Source: Octopus vulgaris
Lineage: Eukaryota
Direction: 5' to 3'
DNA: 64,000 bases
NCBI GenBank assembly: GCA_951406725.2
Contig: OX597840.1
Coordinates: 19,902,001-19,966,000, forward strand
Below, in pieces: positions 1 through 12,735 of this stretch. Numbering within the stretch: the stretch's first letter is position 1; each line of letters opens with the position of its first letter. The translations under genes and the position numbers were made by a program. Under the pieces are notes generated by a model. It searched no databases. It was not told the origin of the DNA and saw only the letters and a list, made by a program, of their open reading frames with translations.

Positions 1-225
1 CGTATATATATATATATATATATTTACGTGTGTTTATGTGTCTGTGTTTGTCCCCCTAGCATTGCTTGACAACCGATGCTGGTGTGTTTACGTCGCCGTC
101 ACATAGCGGTTCAGCAAAAGAGACCGATAGAATAAGTACTGGGCTTTGATCGACTAAAGGCGGTGCTCCAGCATGGCTGCAGTCAAATGACTAAAACAAG
201 TAAAAGAGAAAGAGAGAAAAGAGAA
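1..225 (+). mobile_element. SINE family B, 3' half
   Basis: TGTTTGTCCCCC..CTTGACAACCGATGCTGG..GGCGGTGCTCCAGCATGGC..AAGTAAAAGAG matches the 3' half of full copies such as 19428-19848. Confidence 0.85.
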
Positions 226-374
226 ACCATATATATGTATATAAGCACGAAACAGGGAATAATATCACAGTCGACAACTGAGGAAGGGTTTAACTTCTTT
301 CGGCATTTTGTCCCGTACTTGTCTCTTCGTGCTTACGTAAGTTTCATTCGTTGTTGATGTCCTGTACTTGATGT

Positions 375-430
<56 letters not shown>

Positions 431-602
431 AATAACGAGGGAAATAAATTGAATATTAATTTAATTAATATCAATTTAAAACCAGTAGCCTAGCATACAA
501 AAATCTGAAAAATCAGAGAAAATTCTTATACATGTGTATATTTAAAGGGTTTAAAAAATGGCTACTTCTAGCATACGGCTGACCACTTAGTGGTTTTTAG
601 CC

Positions 603-671
<69 letters not shown>

Positions 672-724
672 TGAATATATGATATTTACCGCGCGAACTA
701 TGATGAAAAAAATGAGAAAGATAT

Positions 725-757
<33 letters not shown>

Positions 758-794
758 TTGTGCAGTAGTTCCTTCACACGTGTAATTTATTTTA

Positions 795-1176
795 AGGGTT
801 AGGCAAGGGTAAACAGGTTGAGAAATGCTGCTCCAAAGTAATAATAATAATAAAAAGGGTTAGGGTTAGGGTTAGGGGTGGGGTAAGGGCATCTTCTTTT
901 CTTTACAAATGTAAATAAACCCAATCTGTTTCTTAAACGAGGGACATATTCATACGGCACAGAATGCTTTTTAACTCAATAGACGCTAGTGATTGGTTAA
1001 AATTGCCGAAATGCAAGAAAATAAACAAGAAATAGCTTACAAACTACAGAATTTTCTCAAGAAAGCCAAGAGAAAATGATGTTTCATAAACACATTCTAC
1101 AAGTATACGATGTTTTAAATTTTTTAGTTACCCAGAAATTATGTTAAAAACTGCCGTTCAAACCGAAAAGATCCCG
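795..1176. mobile_element. Unclassified DNA-transposon-like fragment(s) with a short (TTAGGG)n tract
   Basis: GGTTGAGAAATGCTG (~816-830) resembles a hAT-type terminus. GGGTTAGGGTTAGGGTTAGGG lies at ~857-877. The segment ends at ...GAAAAGATCCCG abutting a SINE-B fragment. Confidence 0.35.
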
Positions 1177-1468
1177 ACAGGCTTCTTTCAGTTTCCGTCT
1201 ATCAAATCCACTCACAAGGCTTTGGTCAGCCCTGTTCTTTAAGAGAGATTGAACCCAGAGCCACGTGGTGAGATAGAAAGCTTCTTACCACACAGCTTGC
1301 TCTATGTAGTAATTGTTAATTAGATATGTTAACAGTACACATGTGTTTCTATCTTAACTGCGCCCATACGAAAATATAATAATGCATACATAATGACTAT
1401 ACATACGTACGTGCACCCATGCATCCATCCATGCGTACATACATACATACACATCTGTATGTGTATAA

Positions 1469-1508
<40 letters not shown>

Positions 1509-1559
1509 CTCTCTTTCTCTTTCTCTCTGTATAGACATACATATACATATACATCTATC

Positions 1560-1592
<33 letters not shown>

Positions 1593-1635
1593 TTATACAC
1601 ATATAGATGTCTGTATACATATAAATATGTATACC

Positions 1636-1860
1636 GGCGAGCTGGCAGAACCGTTAGCACGCCGGGCGAAATGCGTAGCTGTATTTCGTCTGTCGTCACG
1701 TTCCGAGTTCAAATTCCGCCGAGGTCGACTTTGCCTTTCATCCTTTCGGGGTCGATAAATTAAGTACCAGTTACACACTGGGGTCGATATAATCGACTTA
1801 ATCCGTTCGTCTGTCCTTGTTTGTCCCGTCTGTGTTTAGCCCCTTGTGGGTAGTAAAGAA

Positions 1861-1862
<2 letters not shown>
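1636..1862 (+). mobile_element. SINE family A, full length
   Basis: Box A-like GAGCTGGCAGAA, box B GAGTTCAAATTCC, central GCCTTTCATCCTTTCGGGGTCGATAAATTAAGTACCAG, tail GTAAAGAAAT. More than 15 related copies occur in the window. Confidence 0.9.
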
Positions 1863-1892
<30 letters not shown>

Positions 1893-1930
1893 ATATATTT
1901 ATAGGTACATATGTATATATGTATATATAT

Positions 1931-2146
1931 GGAGGCGCAATGGCCCAGTGGTTAGGGCAGCGGACTTGCGGTCGGAGGATCGCGGTTTCGATTCCCAGAC
2001 CGGGCGTTGTGTGTGTTTATTGAGCGAAAACACCTAAAAGCTCCACGAGGCTCCGGCAGGGGTTGGTGGTGATCCCTGCTGTACTCTTTCACCACTCTAA
2101 AGGCGGTGCTCCAGCATGGCCGCAGTCAAATGACTGAAACAAGTAC
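1931..2146 (+). mobile_element. SINE family C 5' part fused to SINE-B 3' tail
   Basis: tRNA-like head TGGCCCAGTGG...GGTTTCGATTCCC as at 22348 and 44762. Switches to the SINE-B tail AAAGGCGGTGCTCCAGC at ~2099. Confidence 0.8.
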
Positions 2147-2185
2147 AAAAAAAAAAGAAAAAAAAAATATATATACATAGACGCG

Positions 2186-2227
<42 letters not shown>

Positions 2228-2249
2228 GTATTTGTGTATATGTATGTGC

Positions 2250-2290
<41 letters not shown>

Positions 2291-2866
2291 TACATGTGTA
2301 TAAATGTATATATGCATCATATACAATTATATCTATGTATATGTATATAAATTTATATACATACATACATATATACATTCAGCATAGCATTGCTTACTTA
2401 TTGCCCTATGCCTCACGTACACACACACACACACATGCAAGCACATGCCCAGGGCACACACCCACACACGCATGCACAGAACCACAAGTGTTTCTTGAAT
2501 ACGACACTTGGCCATGCTGCTTCAGAACAATCGCAACCGCTCCAAACAGCTTCGGATTTCACTTACCAACTTTATTTCTTTCTTCTAAGTTTCCTTTTTT
2601 GCTTTTTTTATAGTGCCTTTTTTGTTATTTTTGTCTTCTTTTATTTCTCTCTAGCATTTTTTTTTTCTTTTTACCTAACAATCCTTATTTAACAAGTGCC
2701 AACTCCAACACCACCACTGCCACCCATACAACACCACGCTACCATTTACAACCGCAGCAACCATTAGAAAGATCAGCTAAATCTCTCTCAGGCACGGTTT
2801 TGAGAGAAATGAAGAAAAAGAAAAAAATACGTAAAGTATTTGAAGTTCATGTTTAACCCTTTGGTA

Positions 2867-3586
2867 CTGTGGTTCTCAACTGGAGTCCGTATGACCCCTG
2901 AGAGTCAATATGGCCCTTGAGAGTCCATATGGCCCCTGAGAGTCCATATGGCCCTTCAGAATTCATATGGCCCTTGAGAGTTCATATGACCCCTGAGAGT
3001 CAATATGGCCCTTGAGAGTCCAAATAGCGCCTGAGAGTCCATATTACCCTTGAGAATCCATATGGCCCTTGAGAGTCCATGCGGCCCCTGAGAGTCCATA
3101 TAGCCCGTCAGAGTCCATATGGCCCCTGAGAGTCAACATAAGGTTTTGTGGAGTATTTGCAACCAAATAGTAAATTGGGGGTCCCAATAGTATTTTAAGG
3201 ACCCCTGAAAAAAATTTGTTGAAGATGTATGTATTGGTGTTTATGCTAGAAACGGCGAGGTTTCCTTCTCAAATGTTTTCCATAATTCAACTGACACAAT
3301 TTAAATGTGTGAAAACTAAATAGGAATTTCATAAGAAGTTTCTATAAAACTAGTTTTTTAGCACCAAATGGCGTTTGGGGGTCCACAACCCCGGATTTAG
3401 ATGAATGTATTCGTATGTATTGCAAGAAATATCTTGGTTTCTTTCTCTAACATTTTAAATGGTTCAACCTATACAAGTTAATGTGTGAAATAGAAATTCT
3501 GAAAGAAGTTTCTATAAAACTAGTTTTTAGACATCGAATGGTTATGGGAATCCACCAGAATAAAATGGTAATTAAAGGGGTCCATA
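2867..3586 (+). mobile_element. hAT-like non-autonomous element (MITE) with an internal minisatellite
   Basis: Left end CTGTGGTTCTCAAC resembles the hAT CAGTGGTTCTCAAC terminus. Internal duplication at ~3225-3395 and ~3410-3560. A homologous minus-strand copy lies at ~13725-14560. Confidence 0.6.
2883..3135. repeat. 19-bp minisatellite (GAGAGTCCATATGGCCCYT), about 13 copies
   Basis: Units start at 2900, 2919, 2938 and so on. There are no unique spacers. Confidence 0.95.
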
Positions 3587-4111
3587 GGCGTAGGAGTGAC
3601 TGTGTTGTAAGTAGCTTGCTTACGAACCGTATGGTTCCGGGTTCAGTCCCACTGCGTGTCTGCTACTATAGCCTCGGGCCGACCAAAGCCTTGTGAGTGG
3701 ATTTGGTAGACGGAAACTGAAAGAAGCCTGTCGTATATATGTATATATATGTATATATATGCGGCGAGCTGGCAGACACGTTAGCGCGCCGGGCGAAATG
3801 CTTAGGGTATTTCGTCTGTCGTTATGTTCTGAGTTCAAATTTCGCCGAGGTCGACTTTGCCTTTCATCCTTTCGGGGTCGATAAATAAAGCACCGGTTTC
3901 GCACTGGGTCGATGTAATCGACTTAATCCCTTTGTCTGTCCTTGTTTGTCCCCTCTATGTTTAGCCCCTTGTGGGCAATAAAGAAATATATATATATGTG
4001 TGTGTGCGTGTATATATGTTTGTGTGTCTGTGTTTGTCCCCCCAACATCGCTTGACAACCGATGCTGGTGTGCTTACGTCCCCGTAACTTAGTGGTTCGG
4101 CAAAAGAGACC
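3587..4111 (+). mobile_element. SINE-B interrupted by a SINE-A (3762-3987) inside its internal TA tract
   Basis: SINE-B head at 3587-3733, then TA tract, a complete SINE-A, then the SINE-B 3' part resumes. Confidence 0.85.
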
Positions 4112-4502
4112 AACAAGCGTAGGTTAAGAGTAGGCCCATTCGCACGGGCCAACATCACCGCATTCACCAACCTTTCAGCAAGAATATTGGTGGGGGAGGG
4201 CAGAGGTGGAAGCGCTTCCCTTCCACCCTCGATAGCCTTTTCAAGAGGAACTCGAAAAAGTTGACAAGAACTTGGCCGAAGAGTTAAGTACCAGTCTCCA
4301 AGCCTTTCATCCTTGTGCAATACGCTACCTCTTTCGCCATAACCACCAGACAGAAGATAACTGCCGGCCCTTCCCGGCCGCGAAAAATTTTTTTTCCTAC
4401 GAGATTTCCGGTCCCCGGTAATGAACTCATTTGCATACAGCCTTTTTTTCCTCACAAACGGAAATCTCTAATCAGCATGAAGACAAATGGTATGCAACCA
4501 AC

Positions 4503-5033
4503 GGCAGCGAGCTGGCAGAATCGTTAGCACGCCGGACGAAATGCTTAGTGGTATTTCGTCTGTCGTTACGGTCTGAGTTCGAATTCCGCCGAGGTCGACT
4601 TTGCCTTTTATCCTTTCGGGGTCGATAAATTAAGTACCAGTTACGCACTGGGGTCGATGTAATCGACTTAATCCGTTTGTCTGTCCTTGTTTATCCCCTC
4701 TGTGTTTAGCCCCTTGTGGGTAGTAAAGAAATAGGTATATATGTATGTATATAAGTATGTATATATGTATCTCTATCTATCTATCTACCTACCTACTTAC
4801 CTATCTATCTGTCTTTTACGATCCCTTTTGATCGAAAACCTACCCCACTTTTTTTTTCTCTTCTTTTCTCCCCATAATTCCGCCGAGGTTGACTTTGCCT
4901 TTCATCCTTTCGGGGTCGATAAATAAAAAGTACCAGTTACGCACTGGGGTCAATGTAATCGACTTAATACCTAAGTCTGTCCTTGTTTGTCCCCTCTGTG
5001 TTTAGCCCCTTGTGGGTAATAAAGAAATAGGTA
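4503..5033 (+). mobile_element. Two SINE-A copies (4503-4737 full, 4877-5033 5'-truncated)
   Basis: Both match the 1636-1862 copy. Confidence 0.85.
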
Positions 5034-5247
5034 TGCAACCAAGTCCAGCATTCAGGAGAAAGACGGTTGGTGGTGGCAGACCGTTGAAGGATTGTTTCAA
5101 AAGTGTGAAATGAAAGGTGCCGCCGTTCAGCTCTCAGATTGTGCCGAGACGCAAAGACCAACATGACATTCGCGAATGGGTTAAGAACAACCAATCGCTT
5201 GGTAAAACACACACTCTACCAAGGAAACTGAGGACAAAGGACTGTGT

Positions 5248-5462
5248 GAAAGAAGAAGAAGAAGAAGAAGAAGAAGAAGAAGAAGAAGAAGAAGAAGAAG
5301 AAGAAGAAGAAGATGAAGAAGAAGAAGAAGAAGAAGAAAAAGACGAAGAAGAAGAAGAAGAAGAAGAAAAAGACGAAGAAGAAGAAGAAGAAGAAGGAGG
5401 AGAAGAAGAAGGAGAAGAAGAAGAAGAAGAAGAAGAAAAAGAAGTAGAAGAAAAAGACGAAG

Positions 5463-5495
<33 letters not shown>

Positions 5496-5780
5496 AAGAC
5501 GAAGAAGAAGAAGAAGAAGAAGAAGAAGAAGAAAAAGACGAAGAAGAAGAAGAAGAAGAAGAAGGAGAAGAAGAAGAAGAAGAAGAAGAAGAAGAAGAAG
5601 AAGAAAAAGACGAAGAAGAAGGAGAAGAAGAAAAAGACGAAGAAGAAGAAGAAGAAGAAGAAGAAGAAAAAGACGAAGAAGAAGAAGAAGGAGAAGAAGA
5701 AGAAGAAGAAGAAGAAGAAGAAGGAAGAAGAAAGAAGAAGAATTGGAAGAAGGAGGAGGAGGAGGAGGAGGAGGAGGAGG
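5248..5780. repeat. (GAA)n/(GGA)n homopurine tract with a recurrent AAAGAC interruption
   Basis: Directly visible. It is the source of the poly-E/S/L ORFs. Confidence 0.97.
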
Positions 5781-5889
5781 GAAGAATAGACGGCGATGGT
5801 CCCGGCATAAATTGCTCCCTCTCGGCAGATCTAGGATAAGGCAATTGCTATCGCCAACACTTACAACCATCCTACTACCTCTGTCACTT

Positions 5890-5930
5890 AACACCATTAT
5901 GACGACTAACTACTACCACTACCACTACTG

Positions 5931-5968
<38 letters not shown>

Positions 5969-6990
5969 GCTACTACTGTTGCTGCTACTACTACTACAAC
6001 CCTCGCTATCACCCTCACCATATGGCCGCCATTACTTCCCCAGTCAGTCACATTTCACGACGAACGCTGCCATCACCACCGCCACCACCGCCACCACTAC
6101 TACTATCGCTACTATTACCACTACCGCGACCAACTCGACGACCACCACCACCACCACCACTACTACTACTACCACCACTACTACTACTACTACTACCACC
6201 ACCACCACCACTACTACTACCACCACCATTACCCAAGTACCACAGCCGTCATTGCATACGCCACTACCACTACTACTACTACTACTACCTGTATTGACAC
6301 CACCACTACTACCACAACAGCAACACCATTTCTACTACAACCATCATCACTGCCCGCACTACCGCCACTACCACCACCACCACCACCACTACTACTACTA
6401 CTACTGCTTCCACCAACACTAGCACCAACAACAGCGCCTCTACTACAACCACCACTGTCTTCATCACTACTACTACTATCACCACGACAAAGATTACTAC
6501 AACCATGACCACCACCATCAACACTACCACTACTACTACGACTACCACCACAACCATTACCACCACCACAACCGCTACTACTACTATTACTAATAGACCT
6601 ACTACTACAACAAGTACTACTACTACCACCACCACCACCACTACTACTCCCTACGGCACCACCGCAGCTCCAGTTTCACCACTGCTACCACTTCTATTAC
6701 AACCACCTTCAGTAGCTGCCACCACCACTGCCAACAACAACAACAACAACAACAACCACTACCAAGAACCACTAAGCTCCACCATCGGCGCCGCCGTGGC
6801 CACCCCGACTCATCCCTTTCCTTCCCTTCAACCGAATCTGTATAAAACTTCAATTAGGACAACCTTCTCTGTCACTCCATTCACCCCTCGCCTCCTCCAC
6901 CCCCCCACCCCCACCGACAGCAGCAGTACTCCCGCCGCGACCACCACCACGGCCGCCACCGCCGCCGCCGCCGCCGCCGCCATGGCCATC
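5890..6990. repeat. Compound (ACT)n/(ACC)n/(AAC)n/(GCC)n trinucleotide region
   Basis: Directly visible low-complexity sequence. Confidence 0.9.
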
Positions 6991-7100
6991 CTTACCTCTA
7001 AGAGCCTGTAACCCTAACCCCTCCTCCCGCCGCCGTGCCTTCTAGCACATTCTTCACTACTTCCAGCCTGTATAAACATTTGCCCATTCACAATATGTAT

Positions 7101-7183
<83 letters not shown>

Positions 7184-7464
7184 AGTGTGTGTAAGTATGT
7201 GTATGTGTGTGTATATCACATTAGTATATTTATTTGTTCTATGGGTGTGTATAGTCTTGAGCGCGTTGGGTGAATGAGCGTTGCGCGGTCTAAGTGGGTA
7301 CGTGTGCATGTCTCTCTCTCTCTCTCTCTCTCTCTCCTTATATATATAGATATATACATGTATATATGAATGTATTTATACAAGTATAAATAAGGGTGTC
7401 CGAGAGACACCACCATGCCGAAATACCAGTCAAATCCCTGACTCCAAAAACCACTTTAAATGTT

Positions 7465-7704
7465 CTCTTTTACTCTTTTACTCTTTTAGTCTTTTACTTG
7501 TTTCAGTCATTTGACTGCGGCCATCTTGGAGCACCGCTTTTAATCGAGCAACTTGACCACGGGACTTATTCTTTGTAAGCCCAGTACTTATTCTATCGGT
7601 CTCTTTTTTGCCGAACCGCTAAGTGACGGGGACGTAAACACACCAGCATCGGTTGTCAAGCTATGCCAGGGGGACAAACAGACACAAATATACACGCACA
7701 CACC

Positions 7705-7776
<72 letters not shown>

Positions 7777-7940
7777 TACGACGGGCTTCTTTCAGTTTCC
7801 GTCTACCAAATCCACTCACAAGGCTTTGGGCGGCCCGAGGGTATAGTAGAAGACACTTGCCCAAGATGCCACGCAGTGGGACTGAACCCGGAACCGTGTG
7901 GTTGGTTAGCAAGCTACTTACCACACACCCACTCCTGCGT
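7465..7940 (-). mobile_element. SINE family B, full length (tRNA head, CORE-like block, internal TA/TG microsatellite)
   Basis: Minus strand reads GCAGGAGTGG..GGTTCAGTCCC..ATCTTGGGCAAGTGTCTT (similar to the CORE-SINE CCTTGGGCAAGT block)..(TA)n..tail (AGTAAAAG)n. Confidence 0.9.
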
Positions 7941-7959
7941 TCATATATATATATTCAAA

Positions 7960-8168
7960 ATGTGACCTCGTGTGTACCGTTGGCGATTATTTTCCCTCTG
8001 TCTTCCTTTCACGGGATCTTTCCTTCTCCTATGTTTCCGACGAAGAGCTCCGCTCGAAACGTTAAACCCTCCTCCTATCCTTCTTTCCTGAGCGTCCAAT
8101 AATACTATATTTGTTCCACGTCCTCGCGTTGCTGTGTTTTTTTGTGCTTTCTTGTTTGGATTAACTAT
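7960..8168 (+). mobile_element. Hammerhead-bearing non-coding element, family D2, ending in (TA)n
   Basis: Near-identical copy at 56430-56605 and a 3' part at 54612-54705. All end ...GGATTAAC followed by a TA-rich tract. Confidence 0.75.
8033..8067 (+). ncRNA. Minimal type-I hammerhead ribozyme motif (U4C core)
   Basis: GUUU-CCGACGA-A-GAGC-UCC-GCUC-GAAAC-GUU-AAAC: stems I and II pair, and stem III is the palindrome ACGU. Confidence 0.7.
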
Positions 8169-8267
8169 ATATATATATAAATATATATACATGACAGGCA
8201 AAAATGTATTTATTGGGCGGTGCATCAGCATGGCCGCAGCTCTGAGCTGAAACTAGAAAAAAATACG

Positions 8268-8376
<109 letters not shown>

Positions 8377-8414
8377 CTATATATATATATATATAGATAT
8401 TGGTTTATATATAT

Positions 8415-8477
<63 letters not shown>

Positions 8478-8514
8478 CACACACACATATATATGTCAAG
8501 CGATATATATATAT

Positions 8515-8950
8515 ATTGCTTGACAACCGATGTTGGCGTGTTCACGTCCCCGTAATTTAGCGGTTCGGCAAAATAGACCGATGGAATAAGTACAATGCTA
8601 ACAAATGGTTCTGGATTCAGTCCCACTACGAGGCACCTTGGGCAAGTGTCTTTTACTATACCCTTGGGCTGACCAAATACTTGTGAGTGGATTTGGTAGA
8701 CGGAAACTGAAAGAAGCCCGTCGTATATATATATGTGTGTGTGTATATGCATACGTATATGTATATATTTATGTGCGTATCTGTGTTTGCGCCCCCACCA
8801 TCGCTTGACAACAGATGTTGGTACGTTTACGTCCCTGTAACTTAGCAGTTCGGCGAAAGACACCGATAGAATAAGTACTAGGCTTACAAAGAATAAGTCC
8901 TGAGGTCGATTTCTGCGACTAGAAACCCCTTAAGCCGTTGCTCGGACATG
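8515..8950 (+). mobile_element. Composite SINE-B fragments
   Basis: A 3' fragment followed by a 5'-truncated, near-complete copy. Confidence 0.75.
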
Positions 8951-9085
8951 GACGAAGACAGGTGTATGAACAAAAGGCAAATGTATTAGTTTGACGCTCG
9001 GGAAAAATGAAAAGTCTTTAACATTTCGAGCCTACGCTCTTCAACAGAAAATAAACAGAGAAAAAATTAAAATACACCGTGTAGA
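8950..9085 (-). mobile_element. Family D hammerhead-like element fragment
   Basis: Contains TTTCGAGCCTACGCTCTTCAACAG (~9024-9047). Confidence 0.7.
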
Positions 9086-9384
9086 GTTCAGCTGCCCGGA
9101 GTAGTTTTGTTGAAGCACTGTGTGGTATAAATTTAAAGAGATTTGCTGTGTAAGGCCTGTTCTGTTCCGGCCTGACACAACAAATGCGTCACGGCATACA
9201 CGTCCAATGCGCCGCGGCACACTCCAACAAAGCGTCGTAGTACGCACACCCGATGCATCATGGCACACACTCCCAATGCGTTGTGGCACCTCCCCCCGTG
9301 CGTCTCCCTGTCCCCTCAATGCGTCGAGGACCAACACTCCGCCAACGCGTTACTGCACCAATGCGTCGCTGCAATGCGTCAATG

Positions 9385-9690
9385 CACCCCTCCCACTGCG
9401 TCGCTGCAATGTGTCACTGCACACCTCCCACTGCGTCGCTGCAATGTGTCACTGCACACCTCCCACTGCGTCGCTGCAATGTGTCACTGCACACCTCCCA
9501 CTGCGTCGCTGCAATGTGTCACTGCACACCTCCCAGTGCGTCGCTGCAATGTGGCACTGCACACCTCCCAGTGCGTCGCCGCAATGTGTCACTGCACACC
9601 TCCCAGTGCGTTGCCGCAATGTGTCACTGCACACCTCCCAGTGCGTCGCTGCAATGTGGCACTGCACACCTCCCAGTGCGTCGCTGCACC
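9385..9690. repeat. 35-bp GC-rich minisatellite (CACACCTCCCASTGCGTCGCTGCAATGTGTCACTG), about 9 copies
   Basis: Units start at 9420, 9455, 9490 and so on to 9665. The 35-aa periodicity seen in all three + frames equals three units. Confidence 0.95.
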
Positions 9691-10330
9691 TCCTCCCCCA
9701 GCACATCGCTGCACTTTCTCCCCACCACCACCGCCACCAATGTGTCACGACGCCCAGCTTGCCATTCACTGACCTAAGTGCATTAGACGTGGATCACCTT
9801 ATCAGAGGTGAAACAGAATCCTTTTTAATCTTGTTTGGTCGCTGTGTCTCTCAACAATGGATCGCCGTTGTATTCTGAATTCACTGACAAGCCAAACATT
9901 ATTAATCAAGGCAAATAGCAAAGGTTTTTGAACCAATTTCTGCTTCGTGTGAGGCCTTGCTTTTTGACAGCCATAATAAACTAGTCACCACTCAGTACTC
10001 TCTGCCAAACAACGACGAACGAATGAGGCCAGTGTCGAAGTGGTTGATATCTTAGAAGCAGCAGTCAAATCTCTCTTAAATCACATGGTTTTTAAAATTT
10101 CGAGGGGGTTTTGCCCCGTGAGTTTGTTCCACATGGCCACGCTGTGAACGTTACCATTTTATTCTCAACAGCTGCCGCGGGTATATAGTGTTTGGGACCC
10201 TGCTACCCGGCAGTGGTCTATCGAACACGCGCTCTCCTACAGACATTACGGTCAACTCCCCAGCACACATTATGGTCACCTTAGGTACATCTTATGGTGT
10301 CTGTTTTTAAAAAACATTGGGTACACATGG

Positions 10331-11035
10331 TCATCATCATCATCATTGTTCGACCGTGGTCGAGACAATGGAATTTACCATGCTACGCCAGACTTCACGG
10401 TCCATCATAGCATTACGGAGGTCGTGTTGCTGGATGCCTGTATCTTACATCAGGGTAGGAGAGTGTGCGCCCTCTGGCATTGCGAGCAGATGGCTTCCAG
10501 AGGAGAAGAGTAGAAATTACCTTGTTTTCAGCTCTACAACAATGTCCAGCAATGTCTTCTACCTTTCACAAGAGATGACACAGGTGGTAGTTTCCCATAT
10601 ATTTGCATTTTGGTTGGATGGCGCTTCCACGAGAGATTTTGAGCTCTCATAAGGAGGCGAGTGTAGGTTCCATCCAACCGCCTCTCAAGCTTCTTTGATT
10701 ACGTCCAGGTTTCTGAGCCATATAGTAGAATTGGTTCGACTGTGGCTTTGAAGATTTTAAGTTTGAAATCTCAACAACCCTGCCACCTATGGCTCTGAGA
10801 TGACACAGATGGTAATTTCCCATATATTTGTACTTTGGTTGGATGACGCTTCCACGAGAGGTTTTGAGCTCTCATAAGGAGGCGAGTGTAGGTTCCATCA
10901 AAAAACCTCTCAAGCTTCTTTGATAACGTCCAGGTTTCTGAGCCATATAGTAGAATTGGTTCGACTGTCGCTTTGAAGATTTCAAGTTTCAAGTCTCTAC
11001 TTAGATTTGATGACCAGATCTTATGCATGTCATTA
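10331..11035 (-). pseudogene. RTE-clade LINE 3' fragment (C-terminal ORF2 region, partly duplicated, with (GAT)n tail)
   Basis: ORF 10771-11040 reads KLEIFKATVEPILLYGSETWTL..RLLMRAQNLSW, the YGxETW motif that follows the RT domain in RTE elements. The same stretch repeats at ~10585-10770. The 3' end is (ATG)n at ~10331-10346. Confidence 0.85.
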
Positions 11036-11273
11036 CACATGGTACTAGGTTTTCTTGCGCGTAGGACAAAAAAAACAGGTGGGCTACTGACAGCTGGAAT
11101 GATTTTGGTTCAAGAACTATTCGATCAGAGCTGATCCTGGATGAGTCGAAGGGCGCAGTCTGCTCTGGTAACGCCTTGATGGGAGCAGCACCTTCGGGTT
11201 TGCTGTATACGTATGTATAAACTTGAAATACAAAATCAAGATCTGCTCCGAGTGGCACATATTCTAGCTTGGT

Positions 11274-11365
<92 letters not shown>

Positions 11366-11750
11366 GTTTCTTTTCAGTTTCCGCCTCACTAGGTTTCGAT
11401 CGGACCAGGACACACTTCCAGAACTGAAGAGAACATCACACCATATTAATCACGTAGCCAGAGCGGTTCCAGAAGGTTTGGCGGAATCAATGTAATTACA
11501 GACAAAGCGCAGGCTTAGCTGTGTGGTAGGAAGCCTGCATTCCAAACACTTGCCCAAGGTGCCACGCAGTGGGACTGTACACGGAACCATGTGGTTGTTA
11601 AGCAAGCTACTTACCACACAGTCACTCCTACGCCTATATATGTGTGTGTGTGTGTGTGAGTGTATTGCCACCTCATTAAAAATAACAAAATAACAAACAA
11701 CAAGAGGACGTGCACATGGAGTGCATTAGTTTGACACTCGTGAGAGTTTA

Positions 11751-11780
11751 TGACGTTTCGAGCATAAGCTCTTCGTCAGA
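11751..11780 (-). ncRNA. Hammerhead motif with canonical core in a diverged family D copy (11680-11825)
   Basis: U-CUGACGA-A-GAGC-UUAU-GCUC-GAAAC-GUC-A. Stem I is poorly paired in this copy. Confidence 0.6.
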
Positions 11781-11923
11781 GGAAAACGGAAAAGTTCAAA
11801 CAAGGAAGAAACAACAGCACGTGCGTCTATGTATGTGGGCGTAATTATGTGTGCTTGTGTGTGTTTCGTATGGGTTTTGTATCCATGACAACCAAGTGGT
11901 ACTTCCAGAATTTAAGTAAGAAT

Positions 11924-11966
<43 letters not shown>

Positions 11967-12039
11967 ATAAAGGAATACAAACAAGCCACCTGATAAATGC
12001 ACAACAACAACAACAACAATACTAATCATCCCCATCTCA

Positions 12040-12546
12040 CATGATCACCACCATCATCATTAGCACCACCACCGCCACCGCCGCCGCCACCATAACCACC
12101 ACCCGCACCTGAACAATTACCACCACCACCATCTTCACCACCATTAACACCACCACACTATCCTCACCACCGCCACCATCTGCACCACCATCATCTCCAC
12201 CACTGCTACCATCTCCACCACCACCACCACCATTAATACCACCACACCATCCCCATCACCGCCACCATCTGCACCACCGCTACCATCTCCACCAGCACCA
12301 GCACCAACACCGCCACCATTAATACCACCACACTATCCCCACCACCACCACCAGCTCCAAGATCACCACCACCACCACCACCACACCATCCCCATCACCG
12401 TCACCATCTGCACCACCACCACAACCACCACCATCTGCACCACCACCACCACCACCACCATCTCTACCACCACCATCTGCACCACCACCACACCATCCCC
12501 ATCACCGTCACCATCTGCACCACCACCACCACCACCACCACCACCA
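12040..12546. repeat. (ACC)n-derived repeat with higher-order units (CCATCTGCACCACC)
   Basis: Directly visible. Confidence 0.85.
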
Positions 12547-12702
12547 CGTCGAAGCGCTCTATTATTCCCGCATATGGTTCCAATTTGTTACTATTCCTCC
12601 TCACAAGGACATTCCGTGACACGTGGTTTCTGGTCAGTTGAGATAGAGACTGAAACCTACATGACACGCCCCCCCCCCCCAACACACACACTCTCTCTCT
12701 GC

Positions 12703-12735
<33 letters not shown>

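Noticed and set aside
273-323. Hammerhead GACAA-CUGAGGA-AGGG..CCC-GUAC-UUGUC
   Set aside because: Stem I and the 5' core are present, but GAAA and stem III are missing. At best a remnant, so not called as a feature.
857-890. Telomere or chromosome fusion site
   Set aside because: Only about three TTAGGG units, embedded in a repeat-like fragment.
1931-2005. tRNA genes at SINE heads (also 22348, 41640, 43010-43082, 44762)
   Set aside because: A and B boxes are present, but I could not build a clean cloverleaf, and each continues into a multi-copy SINE body.
2883-3135. CRISPR-like array (also considered for 9385-9690)
   Set aside because: Head-to-tail repeats without unique spacers, no cas genes, and a eukaryotic context.
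5117-5839. 240-aa acidic poly-Glu ORF
   Set aside because: It is a (GAA)n tract that is also open on the opposite strand, with no recognisable domain in the unique flanks.
9151-9958. PIF/Harbinger-type TIRs (AAGGCCT..AGGCCTT) around the minisatellite
   Set aside because: Only about 7 bp match, which is not distinguishable from chance.
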